DNA of 64,000 bases, from positions 1 through 64,000 of the forward strand of contig NMRA01000441.1 in assembly GCA_002633005.1 (NCBI GenBank). The letters run 5' to 3'. Position 1 is the first letter of the stretch. The number at the start of each line of letters is the position of its first letter. The position numbers and the translations under genes are program-made. The notes beneath the pieces were generated by a model that worked only from the letters and a program-made list of their open reading frames with translations, searched no databases and was not told the DNA's origin. Shown one piece after another: positions 1 to 14,400 of the stretch. Source of the DNA: Phoronis australis (lineage: Eukaryota; Animalia; Phoronida).

Positions 1-108
1 ATTTAGGGCTCACGTAGTTTTAACCAGAAAGTAGCGTGTCTTATGAATAATAAACTTAGAAGCAAGTCTGTTTTAATGACACTGTAATCAAGTTTTCTGC
101 TATTCTAG

Positions 109-3100
109 GTAACGAGGGAGACTCATAGATACATCGCTGATATAGAAGAACGAGAAGAGGGTGGAACCCCAGCCATAATTGAAGCAATCAGGGCAGGACT
201 TGTCTTCCAACTGAAAATGGTAATGAAGCATTCAGTGCCGAGACACGACGAGGAATGTAACATAATACGTTTTCAAATTAATTGAACCCGTCATAATTTA
301 TCATCAAATAAAGATCCTGGACTGCTGATGGGAGAAGACGCGTCATAGTTTAACGTTAACTGTCAATCTTGGACTTCTGATGGGAAGGACAGCCTTCTGA
401 TGGCAAAGGCTGACCTTTTGACTGGAACGAATGGCCTTCTGATGGTATACCCAAAACAACAAGCACGAACCCAGGGATTGGATGGGTGTAGAGTAAACGC
501 GAAGGACTGGTTGACATGGGAAGGATGAGCATTTTTTCAATTTTGCGTCATCCTATCGCATTAGTGGTGATGGTTTGAGTTCATTGTGTACACACATATT
601 TGTATGTGGTTGAATATTGCCGTCTTGCGTCTGTCCGTACCATGTCTGTGGCGTACTAATAAGTCAAACAAATGCCTACTCCTTTTGCACTACCCCGTCC
701 TTCCCATCTTTCAATTGTTCGCCCTGTCCATGTTGGGTCCGTCCTTCTCATCGGAAGGCCTTTTTACCTACTATGTTCAAAAGGATGTACAAGCGAAGTG
801 GATTGTCTCACGTTTTCGCAAGTTTGTTTTGATTGTAATAACTGAACTCAGTTCAACAGAATGACCAACACCTTAAAAAAGATGTACGTGCTTTTAGAAT
901 CTGGACATGGATTTCTTGGAACAGCGAGATCATGAACTTTTTATCAGAGCCATGAACGTTTGGAAACGAAATAAAAACTTGATCATCCTGGGAAGCCACA
1001 CGGCCAGGCGTATTCCAATATTCTCCTTTTTGGTAAAACATCCCGAGTCCGGAAATCTCCTTCACTACAATTTCATCGCAGACCTACTGAATGATCTATT
1101 CGGCATACAGTCACGTGGGGGATGCGCATGCGCGGGACTATACGCGGAGGTAAGAATTATTGTTGCACTCCAGTCACCCTTCTCGTCCACGAGTACACTC
1201 ACCTTGTAAACCACCACTAGTGCATTGTCTCACTTACACACTTTCATGTCATGCATCATTTTCAGATGAAAAAGTGTGACACTATCTTGTAATTTAGGGC
1301 ATTAAAAGCAATGCCAGGCGAGTAATTGTATTTGTGTTCTGTACCTTCTTCTCCTTCCCTTTCTCGTAAATTGTCCCTATGTCGAACTACATGTATTTGT
1401 GAGGTGACACACGAAATGTCGTCAATTTCTCCTGAGCTGACTAGAGGACCCTACGGTGTCACCGCGTGGAGACTGTGCACGAGTTGGTTAACATGTGGCT
1501 GCCAATTAAAATGCAATAGAAATCGACTTTCGTGAGTCTCCTCAAAATAGTTCGGCAAAAGGACAATTAACGAAAAAGAGGAGGAGAAGAAGTTGTAAAA
1601 AGCAGAATTGGTCGCTCGGTATTGCTTTCTATGCACAAGCGAGTGACACGGTGTTTCTTCTGCATGCGAGTAAGATCATGCGCTAGTATTGGCTGACGAA
1701 AGCTGCTCTTGTCGGATATATTGGACCCTGATTTAAAGAACCAAACAGTCACTGAATAACACTCATGATATTTAGAGGATGAAACTGGTTCTCTAAATCA
1801 GTGGAGTTCATTATGTCCAACTAGTGCCGACGAAATCAATGGGCTGTGCTCTTTCCCAGTGATACGAGAAGAGCTATTTCCATATAGGTGGCGCTGAGAC
1901 ATATGGTAGGATAATTACGTCGCAAAACATTTGTTGCAATATTTATTTTTAGAAACAAGTTACTTTTATTAATGTCACTGCAAAGTTGTTGCAGTTAGGT
2001 TGTACGGGACTTTCAAACAAGCAGTCATCTGGCGTCAGAGTATGAAGTAGCAACTAAAATAAACGCTTATATTTTTTTCTGATGTATGCAATAGAAATCC
2101 AAAGTTTAATCCTTCATCATCATTGTACAGATCCGTATTTTGCTTTAGGACTTACTTGGCATTTCCGAGTACCTGGCAAAGAAATTCTTTTATTTCCTTA
2201 CACCTCCTGAAGAGAGAAAGAAAGATGGCGAAGAATCACCAAAGTAAGCATTCGCTTGATGACAAAATAACCTCGGGCTCACATTTTCGAAAGCAGTTTA
2301 CAAACTCTTTCCACCATGGAAATACATGTTGCAACGATCAGTGCTCGATCAACAGTTCTTTGTTTCACCCTTTGTCGCTAGGCGCAGACTACGTCATCTA
2401 TAATGCTTTGGTTCAGCCAAAGGCATTATCAGAGTTAGATCTAACGCGCAGCATCTAATTTTCTCTCTGCATAATGTTCTAATCAACAAACATGTCACTC
2501 AACAACGCAAAACTCACATGTGTTATCTATAGCCATAATAAGGCAATAGCAAACGTTCATTTTTGAACTTTCACTAATGTTTGTTCGCCTGCTGAACCCA
2601 GTGTGTACGGTAATCATTCCACTCGACGCCATTGTGGGACAGCAGAAGATGCTGTTTGACAAGGGTGATCCCTGTCGGGGTGCAATGTTAAAGACGCCAT
2701 GATTGTAATGCGTGGCAATGGTGTCCACACTGGAAATTCCTGGGTTGAGTTCCGTAGGCCGCAAAACTTGCTTGCGCTTGTGGCGAACAATCTTCACTTA
2801 TAGAACTGAAACACTGATATCATTGCCAGAACTCAATACTCCAACTTCGACGACCAATCAAGTAAGTGGCCGCCATTTTGCTGGGATGCGCTCCCACACA
2901 TACTCTCGTGAGTTTAAAAAATCTTGCGAGTTCATGGTTTTATAGCAAGAAACTGTCAACGGAACGCTTTCTGGACTGGTGTCATGGCTTTGACATTTGC
3001 GGCGTCTTTGTCACATGAGGGTTCTCTGAAAGTACGTGAGCGAGTGGTGAACTTTTTGGGCCAAAATAGGGGAATCCATAATACCGCAGGCTAATTAAGT

Positions 3101-6100
3101 TACGTATCGCTCCGTTACTCCATTAACGTATTATTATGTTCATTAATCACCGCTTTTGCTTTAAACACGGAATACGTACTCATTACATTGTATTCCACAA
3201 CGCTTTATATTCCGTTTTGTTCCACACTATTATTCGCCAACATATATTTATGCATAGAGTTAGAGCTGTGCTCCACATTTCTATACCTATTGAAAGCGTG
3301 CTAAAAACGTGGCCCCTATTTATACCTCATTTATAATATTCTCCCAAATTACATGTATACCCTACACTCCTTTCTAGCAATTTTTTTCACTCACGCCAGT
3401 ACTTGTACCGTGAAAGTAGTTATCAGATCTAAACTTACATGCAGCAAAAAGTGATATTTCATTCCATTTTTATGCACTAAACTGACAACCCAACATTTAC
3501 ACCTTAATGGCACAAAAGTGACCCAATTTTATACTCAAACTGAAAACTTGATACTCACGTCAGCGCCACCTTCTCACTATTCGCAGTACATTGACTGCCT
3601 CCCTCACCCCTCGATTGTGCGCTTACTCCACTGCGCTGCATTTCAATCGAGTACTATGTAGCACACAGCGCTGGATTCACTACACGTGTCTACATGGTAC
3701 ATTGCCCTGTGTTGATCCTTTTCTGTTTTTAGACTTGTAAACAGCTTTCGATATAATTTCTTTCAGCGACAAGTATGACATTGAAGAGACCATGGAGATT
3801 ATGAAGTAAGGGGACATATTCTTTGAGTGCTAGTGCTGTTCTCTTGTGGTAAATTATTTAAATCATGTAATTAAAGCTACGTTGTCAGTCATTAGCAAAT
3901 ATATTTGTTTTTTGGCTATGAAGGAGGCCGTTGTTGATATGTTAACAATGTAATTGTTCTTGTCAACTTCTCGAATCAGTTGTCGAATTTTTTTCGAGAC
4001 TGAGCTAAGCCTCAACGAATAGTGTATTGGTCAGGAATTTGTCGTTTTCAATAATTCCAGAATTTAGATGGGCTTTCTTTCAGAATTCGCGGTTTCGCTT
4101 AACTTTCAAGTCCTACTGAAGTAGGCTTTTAGTATACATGATTAACCTTTCTTGCGCACATTTGAAAGACAGTGGCCTTTCAGCATCCCGTGATTGTGTA
4201 TAGAGTGATTCGGAAGGCCAGAGGGGTGCGCTGTCCATTAACTTTCGCGTTAAGATCTGGAAAATTCTTTCCAACCAAACAAGAAAGTAAACAGCATCGG
4301 CAGCTGTATATCTGACGCCGTGAACGGCATGATAAATAATGTTTCCAATATTCTTTTCGTTTCCAGACCTGGTTTTACTCGGTTGAATCTACCCTATTTC
4401 GCAAGTGATGATGTACTGAATTACGTCATTGACGCTGTGGACCTTTTAGCTTCAAACGGATGGACGCTTTTACCACAGGTATTTATAAACTGAAATATCT
4501 ACACAAATACCATGGCATTATTATGTTCTTGTTTGCTGGTCATCGTCGGTGTTGTCGAACTGTGTGAATTGTCAGGTTCTTAAAGCTTCGAATAGTATCG
4601 ACAGTAAATCAATCGAATAATTTCTTCTGATAAATGCAAGATTAAAACGAAACAAAACAAAACTCTCTTTCGAAAATTATTTCTTCCGGTATAATAGACA
4701 AACGAGATTTTCACAGACACTCACACACACGCACATACACGCACAAACACTTACATACACACGCGCGCACACACACACACACGCACACACACACACTTAA
4801 ATTTGCAAATACACAAGATGTCATGTACTTGGGCTAAAACATTAGTCTATAAATCAAAATTCTTGCCAGCTCGTGGATGTGAAATGACAACTTGTGATTC
4901 TGAAGGAAACTGTTTCTTTAAAGAGGGCGAAAAAGTGTGTGAGCGTCAACTCCAGTTCCACCAAGCAGGTTCTCCCCGAAGTTAACACCAGTTTTACTCT
5001 CATCCATCCACAGATGATGCCCGTTTTACCTCCATCTGGACTCCATATGCACCCCGTTGACAACAATTTTACCGTTTTCCATTCTTAGGCTGCTTTAGCA
5101 AGCCCGTAGGTAGGTAGACATTATTGTGGAAGAGGCACAAACTAATTCGACTTCCCAGGCCTTGGTGTCACAGTCGGACCTCTCTCTATTGTCAGTTCAA
5201 CCTTCACTGGTCGTCGCCATAGGCGTGCAGACTTTGCTGTCCGGGAAGCAAACGGCATAGAGAGAGTCACCAGAGGCTAAGGCTTTCAATGGGAACACTT
5301 TGAAAAGATTCGGTTTCAGGGTCCTTGATATGCTGTCTTAGGAATCCAATGTAGAAACATGGGTACCGCGTTTTGAAGTGGCTGCAAATAATTGAAAACT
5401 ATTCAAATTTCATCAACCTACGGTAAACATGACTGAAACACCAATTTCGAAGATAAAATATTTCATTTATGTATCAAAGCCTAATAAATAATCCCCAGTT
5501 TCTTTCATTTTCTTAAAAAATTAAAAAGATAATTTTAAATTCAAAGAAGAATTTTATTAAATAATGGTAATTTAGATGGGAATAACAGGAAACCCGGAGA
5601 AACTAGTTAACCAAAACCTTTTCCTGACAATACCCTAGCTAAAGTGGGTGGGTATGTTGAGGGGGCGGATGTGTGTGTGTGTCCGTGTTGTGTGTGCGTC
5701 AGTGCGTTTGTGTGGTGAGAGTGAGAATGGCGTGTATTTTTTGTCCTTCATGTCTCTGTACGTTCTTTACAAGAAAAAAATCAAAGAGGATTTTAGTCGC
5801 CCAGTGCACTTTATTGTTTAGGTAGGATGGTAGACAGCCTCCGTCAAAGTTGACGTAGGCATCATTGTCTTCAGTGCTGAAACTGCAACCTCTACCACAG
5901 ATCTAGTTTGTATACCAAAATGTTCCTGTTTAGTGACCTCTCTGCAGGAAAATATGAGAAGTGTCTCACGGATTAACAACCTAATACATTGATTAGCCTG
6001 GTGAATTGGTTTTCACACTTGAGAAGGTTATTTCTTGGTCAGTTGCACATTCTAGTGACCATGGCGATACAAAACTCCCCACGGTTTTCGCAACTGACGT

Positions 6101-8975
6101 GGTAGACTACATTACTATTATGGGCAGTTTTTAATTTGGATGTACATGTAAAAGTAAGCCTCCACAAACGAAATAGTCTCATACATGTAGGTGGTCTAAA
6201 CGGAGATCAATTTAACTGAAGGAACAACGGCTGCCAGTATTCTGTGCCACTGTCGATTTAGGATAAGAGATGAAGAACGGCCATAGATAGACCTTTCCCC
6301 GTTTAGGACCTTGCATGCTGGCAGGGGCAAGCGTTGTCTCTCCAAGATCTATGAGTACAAGAATCGATAAGAGCACTAGGGTAGCCTTTGCTAAGCAACG
6401 GTGACTTAACTTATTTCAGCTCTTGGAATTATTTGGGTGAATTACCGATATCTCATGGTTGTAAAACTGTCGAAATCATTGCCTTTATAAATAGCAAAAT
6501 AGTACCGTACTCGTCCAGGTTACCGCCCATGCCCGGCTTACCGCCAACTCCTGTTTTTAGATTCTCAGTTTAAACGCCATGGGTGGTAACCCGGACGAGT
6601 ACGGTACTTCCATCTTTTGATTCTGGTCAATGCTAAAATTTTGTTCTTTATGAAAATGTTTTGTTTTTGGTTGTTAAGGCAAATTTCATGCCGCTGCTGT
6701 GCATTGCTTGAATTTGAAACATCCTTGAAGCTTCCTCTCGTGACCAGTTGACAGACTAGCCATGGACGCCATCACGAGGTCCCCTCCACGAGCTGGGAAA
6801 CGAAATGAAGTTTTTATTGAATTTAAATGTCTCAATCTATTTGCTTTTTAAAATCTGTGCACAAAAATTTTTCTTGCACTTTTTCGAAGTATGGGTGAGC
6901 TTGTTTTCGATGTACCATACGCGATCTCCATAGTGCATTTAGAATGGGAACCTGTACGCAGACTTCCAAAGGTTTAATCCAGCATTGGCAATTCACAAAT
7001 GTTCTTTATATTTTTTCTTTGTCTCTCTTTTTTGAGATGCTCCAGTCCCCAGGCTAAGCTTATGCCTGTCGCCAGGAAGGTTTTACGTGCACGCCTGCAA
7101 ATTACTGGATACACGTGACTACCGTCCCCGGCAATCCCTCCGTCTCTATTTAGTGCCCCTCCCCTCAACTTTGTGAGTAGTGGGGCGCTCGCCTCCTCGC
7201 TCCTCGCTTTCCACTTCCTACACCTATGTTAGATGAAGTGAATGTTAAAATCTGTTTTCAGTACACATACGACAGTCACAGCGGAGAGTGGAGGAAAAAA
7301 AAGGCTCTGTGATTGGAGAACTCAGTTTGAATGACGTCATTTTTGATAAAAATGGGGCACGTTTAAAGGAACAATGCGTAACAGGCAAAATCAGTTTGAA
7401 AGTGCGTACACCTGTTTTCTCAGTAAATAATCTTATTCGGAATCGAGAAAATTGCTTTTCGTGTTGTCGACTTCAATTCGATTCAATTTGTAAACAAAAC
7501 AGACAGCCTTCTTGTTTCACTAAGTGCAGGGAAGTTGCCACTAACGTCTCATTTTCTCATATGACTTGTTTTCATGGAGTGTATCTATGTTTTGCAAATC
7601 ACAATTCTTATCATACTGACGTACTGTATTTTGGAGCATATGATCAGTGCTGCACGGTTATTTGTTTTGTTCACTATGTTTGTTGTTAGACGAGTGGAAT
7701 TGTGACTCATGAGTAAGTGTGTGACCTACAGTACATGTAACGAAATTTCATGAAAAGAAAATGTGAGTCGGGAAAAAGAGACGTGTTCATGAGAAAAGAA
7801 AAATACCGTTAGTGACAATATCCATGCGGTTCGCATAGGAGGAAGACTGACATGCAAATGAATTTGAATTGTTAAACATTTTGTCATTTTGGGTAAAAAT
7901 GAGTTAGCAGGCTTTATCCTTTTAGGAAACGTGTTGTTAAATCTTGTGATGGGCTGATTTTGTTTTTCTGAGATTAATCCATACGTTTGATTCTGCTTTA
8001 AAGAAGATAATGGAAGACGCGGAACACGTATTTGACAGAGCATTGGAAATAGCGAGGGTGAGTTAAACGGATACCAAACCCTGGTTTATGCCTATTAACA
8101 GGTACTAAAATAACTTTCCTCCATCCAGTTCTCTGAAACAAAATATAATGCTCCTTAACCCTCGACAACCCTCAAAGTTTACCAAACGGGCAAGCGTGAC
8201 CTACGCTTTTAGCGAATTACACGTTGACTGTGGGAAAGACCACACACCAAGGAAAGTTATGTCCAATCAGTGAGTTTTTAGTTGATGTCTGTCTTTAACT
8301 TAAGATTGACGCCAATGACGCATTAGCATGAGACAGAACAAGGATTGGTTGAAATCACGAAAACAGGGTTTTTAAAGAACGATGAAATGTTTTTGGAAAC
8401 TTATCATGTTTAGCTTTCGAATTCACTCGTTTTTCGTCTTCGCTCAACGCAACAATTCACTACAGAAGTTTAGATATTTTTTAATCTGTGCTATACAGAC
8501 AATGAATTTTCTACAGTTTTATATTTGGCCATGTTTGGCACACTCTGTTCAACAAAGGATTGATACAATTGTAGATGCAATGGATGTTCATGTAGCAGAA
8601 GTACACAGGGGAATGCCCGGTGAAAATATTGGAACTGTCTGGAAACTTGTAGCACTGATAGCGTCAAGTTCAGTGGAACACCGTCGCTAAAGTCGTGCAA
8701 ATTCAGCTATCTCCACCGTTTTCTATTTACAGGACTGCGATACGACTAAAGACGATTTCAGCAAAACAGTGCCTCCAATGTACAAGAATCTCGTCTGGTT
8801 CATGTCTCCAAATGATGCAAAAATGCTTATGCAGGCCAAGCCAACAAGTCATCATCGGTTGTCCTTCATGAACCGGAAGCCTCCATTTATAGCTCGTCGC
8901 AGCAGCTCGTTAACTTACGGGAAATCCACCTACTCCGTCCTTCAGCTGGCACATAGTGAGGTAATAAATCATTAA
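109..8975 (+). CDS. PLP-dependent aminotransferase class V / cysteine desulfurase-like protein, 3' part (5' exons lie before the window)
   Basis: Exons 109-219, 898-1149, 2149-2243, 3767-3805, 4367-4478, 7262-7401, 8004-8057 and 8732-8975 have AG/GT boundaries. Motifs: EEREEGGTPAIIEAIRAGLVFQLK, LHYNFIADLLNDLFGIQSRGGCACAGLY, KPGFTRLNLPYF, GWTLLPQY, LVWFMSP. The frame is broken by one base in the A8 run at 7295-7302. AATAAA near 9644. Confidence 0.85.
315..770. repeat. Degenerate fold-back element with internal GATGGGAAGGAC-type subrepeats
   Basis: Repeated ctgatggg(a)aggac/ccttctgatgg units at 325-530 are mirrored by gtccttcccatc/gtccttctcatcggaaggcc at 695-760. Confidence 0.45.
4715..4796. 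repeat. Imperfect (CA)n microsatellite
   Basis: Direct reading: cacacacacgcacatacac... Confidence 0.85.
6505..6604. mobile_element. 100-bp MITE, Tc1/mariner(pogo)-like
   Basis: TIRs CCGTACTCGTCCAGGTTACCGCCCATG / CATGGGTGGTAACCCGGACGAGTACGG, with TA on both sides (6503-6504, 6605-6606). Confidence 0.8.
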
Positions 8976-11400
8976 ATGTTGCTTGGAAGTGAAGACTCCT
9001 ATGTTGATTTTCATACACAAAACACTCCTTCTCTCACGAGAGCCTACATTCGTGTATGGCCGTCGTTTTTCTTTGCGAACGGACGAAAGAACCTCTGTCT
9101 TCCATACCCTTCAGTTGAGGATTGTCATGTTTTGATGATGGCGGGAAGGCGTACGCCACTATTCACAAATTGACGATTACCTGTTCCCAATAAACTGTCG
9201 ATTTGCGTCTGTTACATTACGGGATATATTTTTAGCACACCCTTATTACAGGATGGCACTCCTATTCCATTTACCTTGAGCTAAACCTATTTTTGATATT
9301 GCTATAGTTGCCTACTCAAACAATATTTTACCTGTGTTAGTTCTATCGGAGGCGACGTGTCCACGCTATTTTATACCAAACCTAGTCATAAGCAATTCAT
9401 AGCTCAGCTTCTTAGGTGAATTCTCCTTGCAGTATAATAAACAGTTATATTAGATGTTAGACGAGTTTTCAATGCTTGAATGCTTTTCACAAAATCAAAT
9501 TACCTTGCTATAATTTATAACAATACTGTCTTAGGTTCATAACTGTTAAAACACAGTGTTGTATTGAAAATGAAAGGGAGACGTTTCATGTAGTGTTTAC
9601 TTAACTTTTTATTGTTATTTTTTTATCAAAGTTTGTTTTCATGAATAAAAGTGTACTTTCAATCTGCCACGTGTACATATCGGTATCATTTGATTGCTAA
9701 TTCTCGGCTCTTTGATTTTATTCATGCTTTGAAAGCATTTGATAAATCAATAGGTTCAGCCCACAAGAACACGGGTACTTCTATGTTGCTGGATGAGATC
9801 GGCAAAATGGTTTAAGTTTCGTAGAGCACTTACGGGTTTCCAAACTTAGCACTGAGAAAAGTGGACCAGTATCGCCATCTTGTTGCATAACCTCACAGAA
9901 GGTGTACAGCTCTGCACACGGAAAGCAAGGATTTTACAATCTTCAGGCGAAGCCTAGCTACGCAGTACATGCGCGCACCCAGCCATTAATATGGGGGACT
10001 CGAATCTGACAAAGTGGACGTGCGTGCATGCAGCAGACACCTATGTTATGATCATAAAGCCGTGGAAGATGGGACATAAATTCCCCTTACTTATCTCGCC
10101 AAATGGTCTAGTTCTTCCATTAGTATAGATTTCCCTAAACCAAAGAACCGTCACAATTTTGTTTCCAGGACAATAACGCTGCCCAACGGACGTAAATTAA
10201 GAGGTGTTCAATCGTGTGTGTCCTCTATCTTTATCAGTGGAAAAGCGAAAGAAGCCTAGAATAAATTCTTATTCTGACAAGTGTTGCTGCAGCCGTAAGC
10301 GACACAGAAAGAACCTTGATTTAACAGTCTACTTTTTCCAGACTCGCCTGACAACACTGCTACTGAACTGGAGGCGCGGTATTTAAAAGTTGATTACATG
10401 AATACACTACGCATGAACTGATAGTTGTAATGTGGCCGGAAGCTTGTTTACGTGAATAAATATAATGATAATTATTTGCTTAATCAGATGTTTTTTCCGT
10501 ATTTCCTCGATGTATATCTCTCATTGTAGGCGCAAAAGTGCATGGTACATTATAATTATGTTATACACGTGTAATTTGTCCATAGTGTAAACTTCTTGTA
10601 ATTGATTAGTGATCAGTTTCCTGTAAGATATAGCGTATAAATACATTGGAAGTACGAGTTTCAGTAACATGAATGCGTTACTCTCGACGATCAAACACTC
10701 GCACACAATCATGAGGACAGATGTTAAAAAGTCATCATAAACCAAACCGGTCGAACAACACTCCGGTATCTGATTACGAATAACTCTAACATTAAGGAGA
10801 ATACCTCAAGTACATTGTAATTTATTGGAAGAAAATTCGACTGTCCAGATTTTTGCAAGGAGAACGCTGGCCATGGTGTTGGATGGGTATATCCTTAAAG
10901 AGTTGGCAATCCGTTTTTCGCAAGTACGGCTTTGTGATCAACTGTCGGATATGTTGAATTAGAGTGTGTAGACAGGTGTTCCGACACCGACGACTTCGAG
11001 CACCTTTAAAAATATGGACCGATCCAAAGAGATACACATGTATCAGGTCATACGGACCGAGAGTAATGTTAACCAACCACTGGCGTTTTATCCTCCTATT
11101 TTTCGATTCCTATGTGATTGACATGTTCTTACCTGCTTTTATGTAGTGTTATCGTCAGTTTATGACTTCTGGAGTCTGTAATTGGTGAGAACAAGACGTG
11201 CGAGTGGCATCAAGGAAATATGATATTCCACGGGTGTCTGATCAACACCATCTTAGAAGGAAAGTTATAATGCAAAGTTTTCGCCAATTAGAGAACAAAA
11301 ATATCAGTGGTCGGTTTGTGTATAACACTTGCTGGTGTCTGGTAAAGCAGTAAACGCATCGATGTGGTAGTCTCTTCTAGGCTCAGTGATAGTCAGCGAA

Positions 11401-14400
11401 TCAGCTAAATCTGAACATCAATATTAATAACACGGGTTCAAGGATTGAAGATGGAGTACTTATAATGCGTAACCCACCGCTGGTCTGATTGTTGATTAAA
11501 ATGCTGTCAACTCTTGAAAGTGAACCGTTGTTTGGTGCTGGCGTCACGCCCAGAAGCTTTGCCATTAGTGGATAGATGTCCACAGACAGTAGCTCGCCTA
11601 GAGTAGCGCCCTCTTTTATGTCCGGTCCCATTGCCCAGAAGGAAGCTTTCATGCTCATCAAGCGATTGTCATAACCATGATCACTGGTGAAATTCACGTT
11701 GTTATAACCATGGAAAAGCTGAAACAGAACTAAACATATGAAAAAACACCCTGATTTGAGGTCACAATCACCAAGTCATCAACAATGCGCCTTTTCAAGA
11801 ATTAATCTTTCACAAGTGCTTCGTACTTCAGGTACATCGGCTCAAATGCAGAAACTTAACTTAATTAACTGAGTTGGCTATCTTTTGCAATTTTCAGCCT
11901 TTGCTCACTGTATTAAAACTATTGCTCCATGCCGACCAGTTCCAGGTTGTTTACTAGGACGTTGGACTCCGAAAAAGACTTAGTACCAGGCCTTGCAGCC
12001 CTAGGGTTCCAATTCCAAAATTCGTGCCTACTGAATACTGGTGAACGGGGAGGGGTAAAATGAAAATTTGGAGCCAACAGGAGGGGCAAAATGTTGGCGA
12101 CCTAGCTGGAGAGAACTGATATGGTTCGTGGTTATAGAACTTGATAGTCTCCCATCAAGATTCAGGCGCCCCAAAAATTGAACCAGTAATTCCAGTGTGG
12201 CAAACCGGTGGAACATGTTTTAGATAATGAAAGAGCAATCTGTTTACCGTAAAAATTTCATATCCTGGATCGGCCATCGCAATGATCGGGGGTATCCGAG
12301 AATTCTTGGCGTAATGCCAAAAATCTGGAAAGACCTCTTTCTTGTAAACAGTCAAGTTCGGGTGGGCGTTCTTCAGAGATGAATACACGTGCTCCATTTT
12401 TCCTTGCACTGGCCTGATCAGCGCTGTGGGGCCATAATCAGCAAGCAAGAACTCCACATCACTCTTATTAACATACTTGTAAAGCTCAATAGCTTGATCC
12501 AATTCTCCCGGTTTGATGTAATTCAGATGTCCGTGATCACTTGTTACGATGATATTTACGTCCAGTTTGAGTTCTTTAATTTTATCCAGAAGGTAACCCA
12601 GAGCCGAGTCGCATTCTTTCAGCATTTTCAGCAACTCGTTTGATTCTGTTCCGAAACTGTGCAGAACGTAGTCCGGCTGATTGAAGTACAAAACTCCAAG
12701 ATCGATGCCGCCACTCGTGAACCATTTCAACACAGTGTCCACTCGCTCATGCCAGTCCGTAGTACCGTTGAAATTAGTGTTCAGCACTGAATAGTCGGGA
12801 CGCACCCCCTTTATGCTCACTGTTCCACCAGGCCAACTGGAAAGGGAGGCAAGAAAATTTGCTAGAAGTCCACTGCTGGGAAAAAAAACTTTCGATTTAG
12901 ATCGTTTACAGTTGTGGAATTGATCTCTTCGTATTCCTTACTCAGATTAAGACTTGGTTTGGGCGTAGAAAGAAATGACATCGTGTAATTACTGGAGATA
13001 ACTTGGCTTGGCGCGGCGTGTCAGTCATTTTTAGCCGTCTGTCCAGGATTAGCTGAGTAAAGCACAAGTTGATACTAGTTATATATCGGTTAGTGGTATA
13101 CATGTATATAAATAGTTCGTTTGACGGAAAGCGGAGTAGAGTTCAGAAACGCTAGGACCTACGCTAGGACATCGCTAAAATGTAACCAAAATCTCATGTA
13201 CCCATTTAAAATACACGGCAAAATCCCACGTAATCTCGCGAAGTCTTGCTTTTTAGCAAGGAACTAGCATTACTAAACTCTACCCAGGTTTATCATAGTT
13301 TCAACGAACATTTAACCTGAACAGGCAAACGGCAAAAAGTATGTGATGATGCGCAGTTGATCAAATTTGAAACACTGGTATCAAGAACTATTTTTCGTCA
13401 TTCTTCGACGCTTTTAGCCAGTAATTAATGGCGAAGGCAACCTTTTTCCATGTCATTTTGAGCTAAAATAAGGTTGGTTGGTTATCCTAGACATATTTTC
13501 CACTTAATTAATGCTTTTCGTAATTTTATCAATTACTCCTCCGCTCTTCCGGAAGTGACGTTTTAGGAGGCAAGCATTTCGCGCCAATTTCTTTTCATAC
13601 AGTCTGACTGTGAGAGCTGCCGAGTCAGTCATTGTTCTACCTCGGTTGTGTTAAGTTCCGTCGTCGTTTGCTTTCATTTACTAGTCAGTCAATATGCCAC
13701 ACTGTTGCTGCGTACCAGGACATACTAATTATCGGCTCACGCGCGCTTTGGGAGTACCTTTGCATCGCTTTCCGATGGATGGCACACTTCGCCGTACTTG
13801 GCTCGTTCGTGTGAAGAACGCAGCGTTACCCGTCCACGCAACGTACAAAGCAGTGGAGAATTACCGTGTGTGTGGCAAGCACTTTCTGCCGTCCGATTAC
13901 GAAAGGGATTTGTACGCTGAACTGATGAAGGTCCCTGCGAAACAACGTCTGAAGAAGGTTGTCATTCCGTCTGTGTTGATTCCNNNNNNNNNNNNNNNNN
14001 NNNNNNNNNNNNNNNNNNNNNNNNNNNNNNNNNNNNNNNNNNNNNNNNNNNNNNNNNNNNNNNNNNNNNNNNNNNNNNNNNNNNNNNNNNNNNNNNNNNN
14101 NNNNNNNNNNNNNNNNNNNNNNNNNNNNNNNNNNNNNNNNNNNNNNNNNNNNNNNNNNNNNNNNNNNNNNNNNNNNNNNNNNNNNNNNNNNNNNNNNNNN
14201 NNNNNNNNNNNNNNNNNNNNNNNNNNNNNNNNNNNNNNNNNNNNNNNNNNNNNNNNNNNNNNNNNNNNNNNNNNNNNNNNNNNNNNNNNNNNNNNNNNNN
14301 NNNNNNNNNNNNNNNNNNNNNNNNNNNNNNNNNNNNNNNNNNNNNNNNNNNNNNNNNNNNNNNNNNNNNNNNNNNNNNNNNNNNNNNNNNNNNNNNNNNN

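Noticed and set aside
2495-2945. GC-richer intronic stretch with overlapping short ORFs
   Set aside because: No recognisable domain. The flanking desulfurase exons join in frame without it. It may be decayed transposon sequence, but this is unsupported.
13922-13950. CTGATGA...CGAAAC hammerhead-like string
   Set aside because: There is no stem II or III pairing, and it lies within the THAP coding frame, so it is a chance match.
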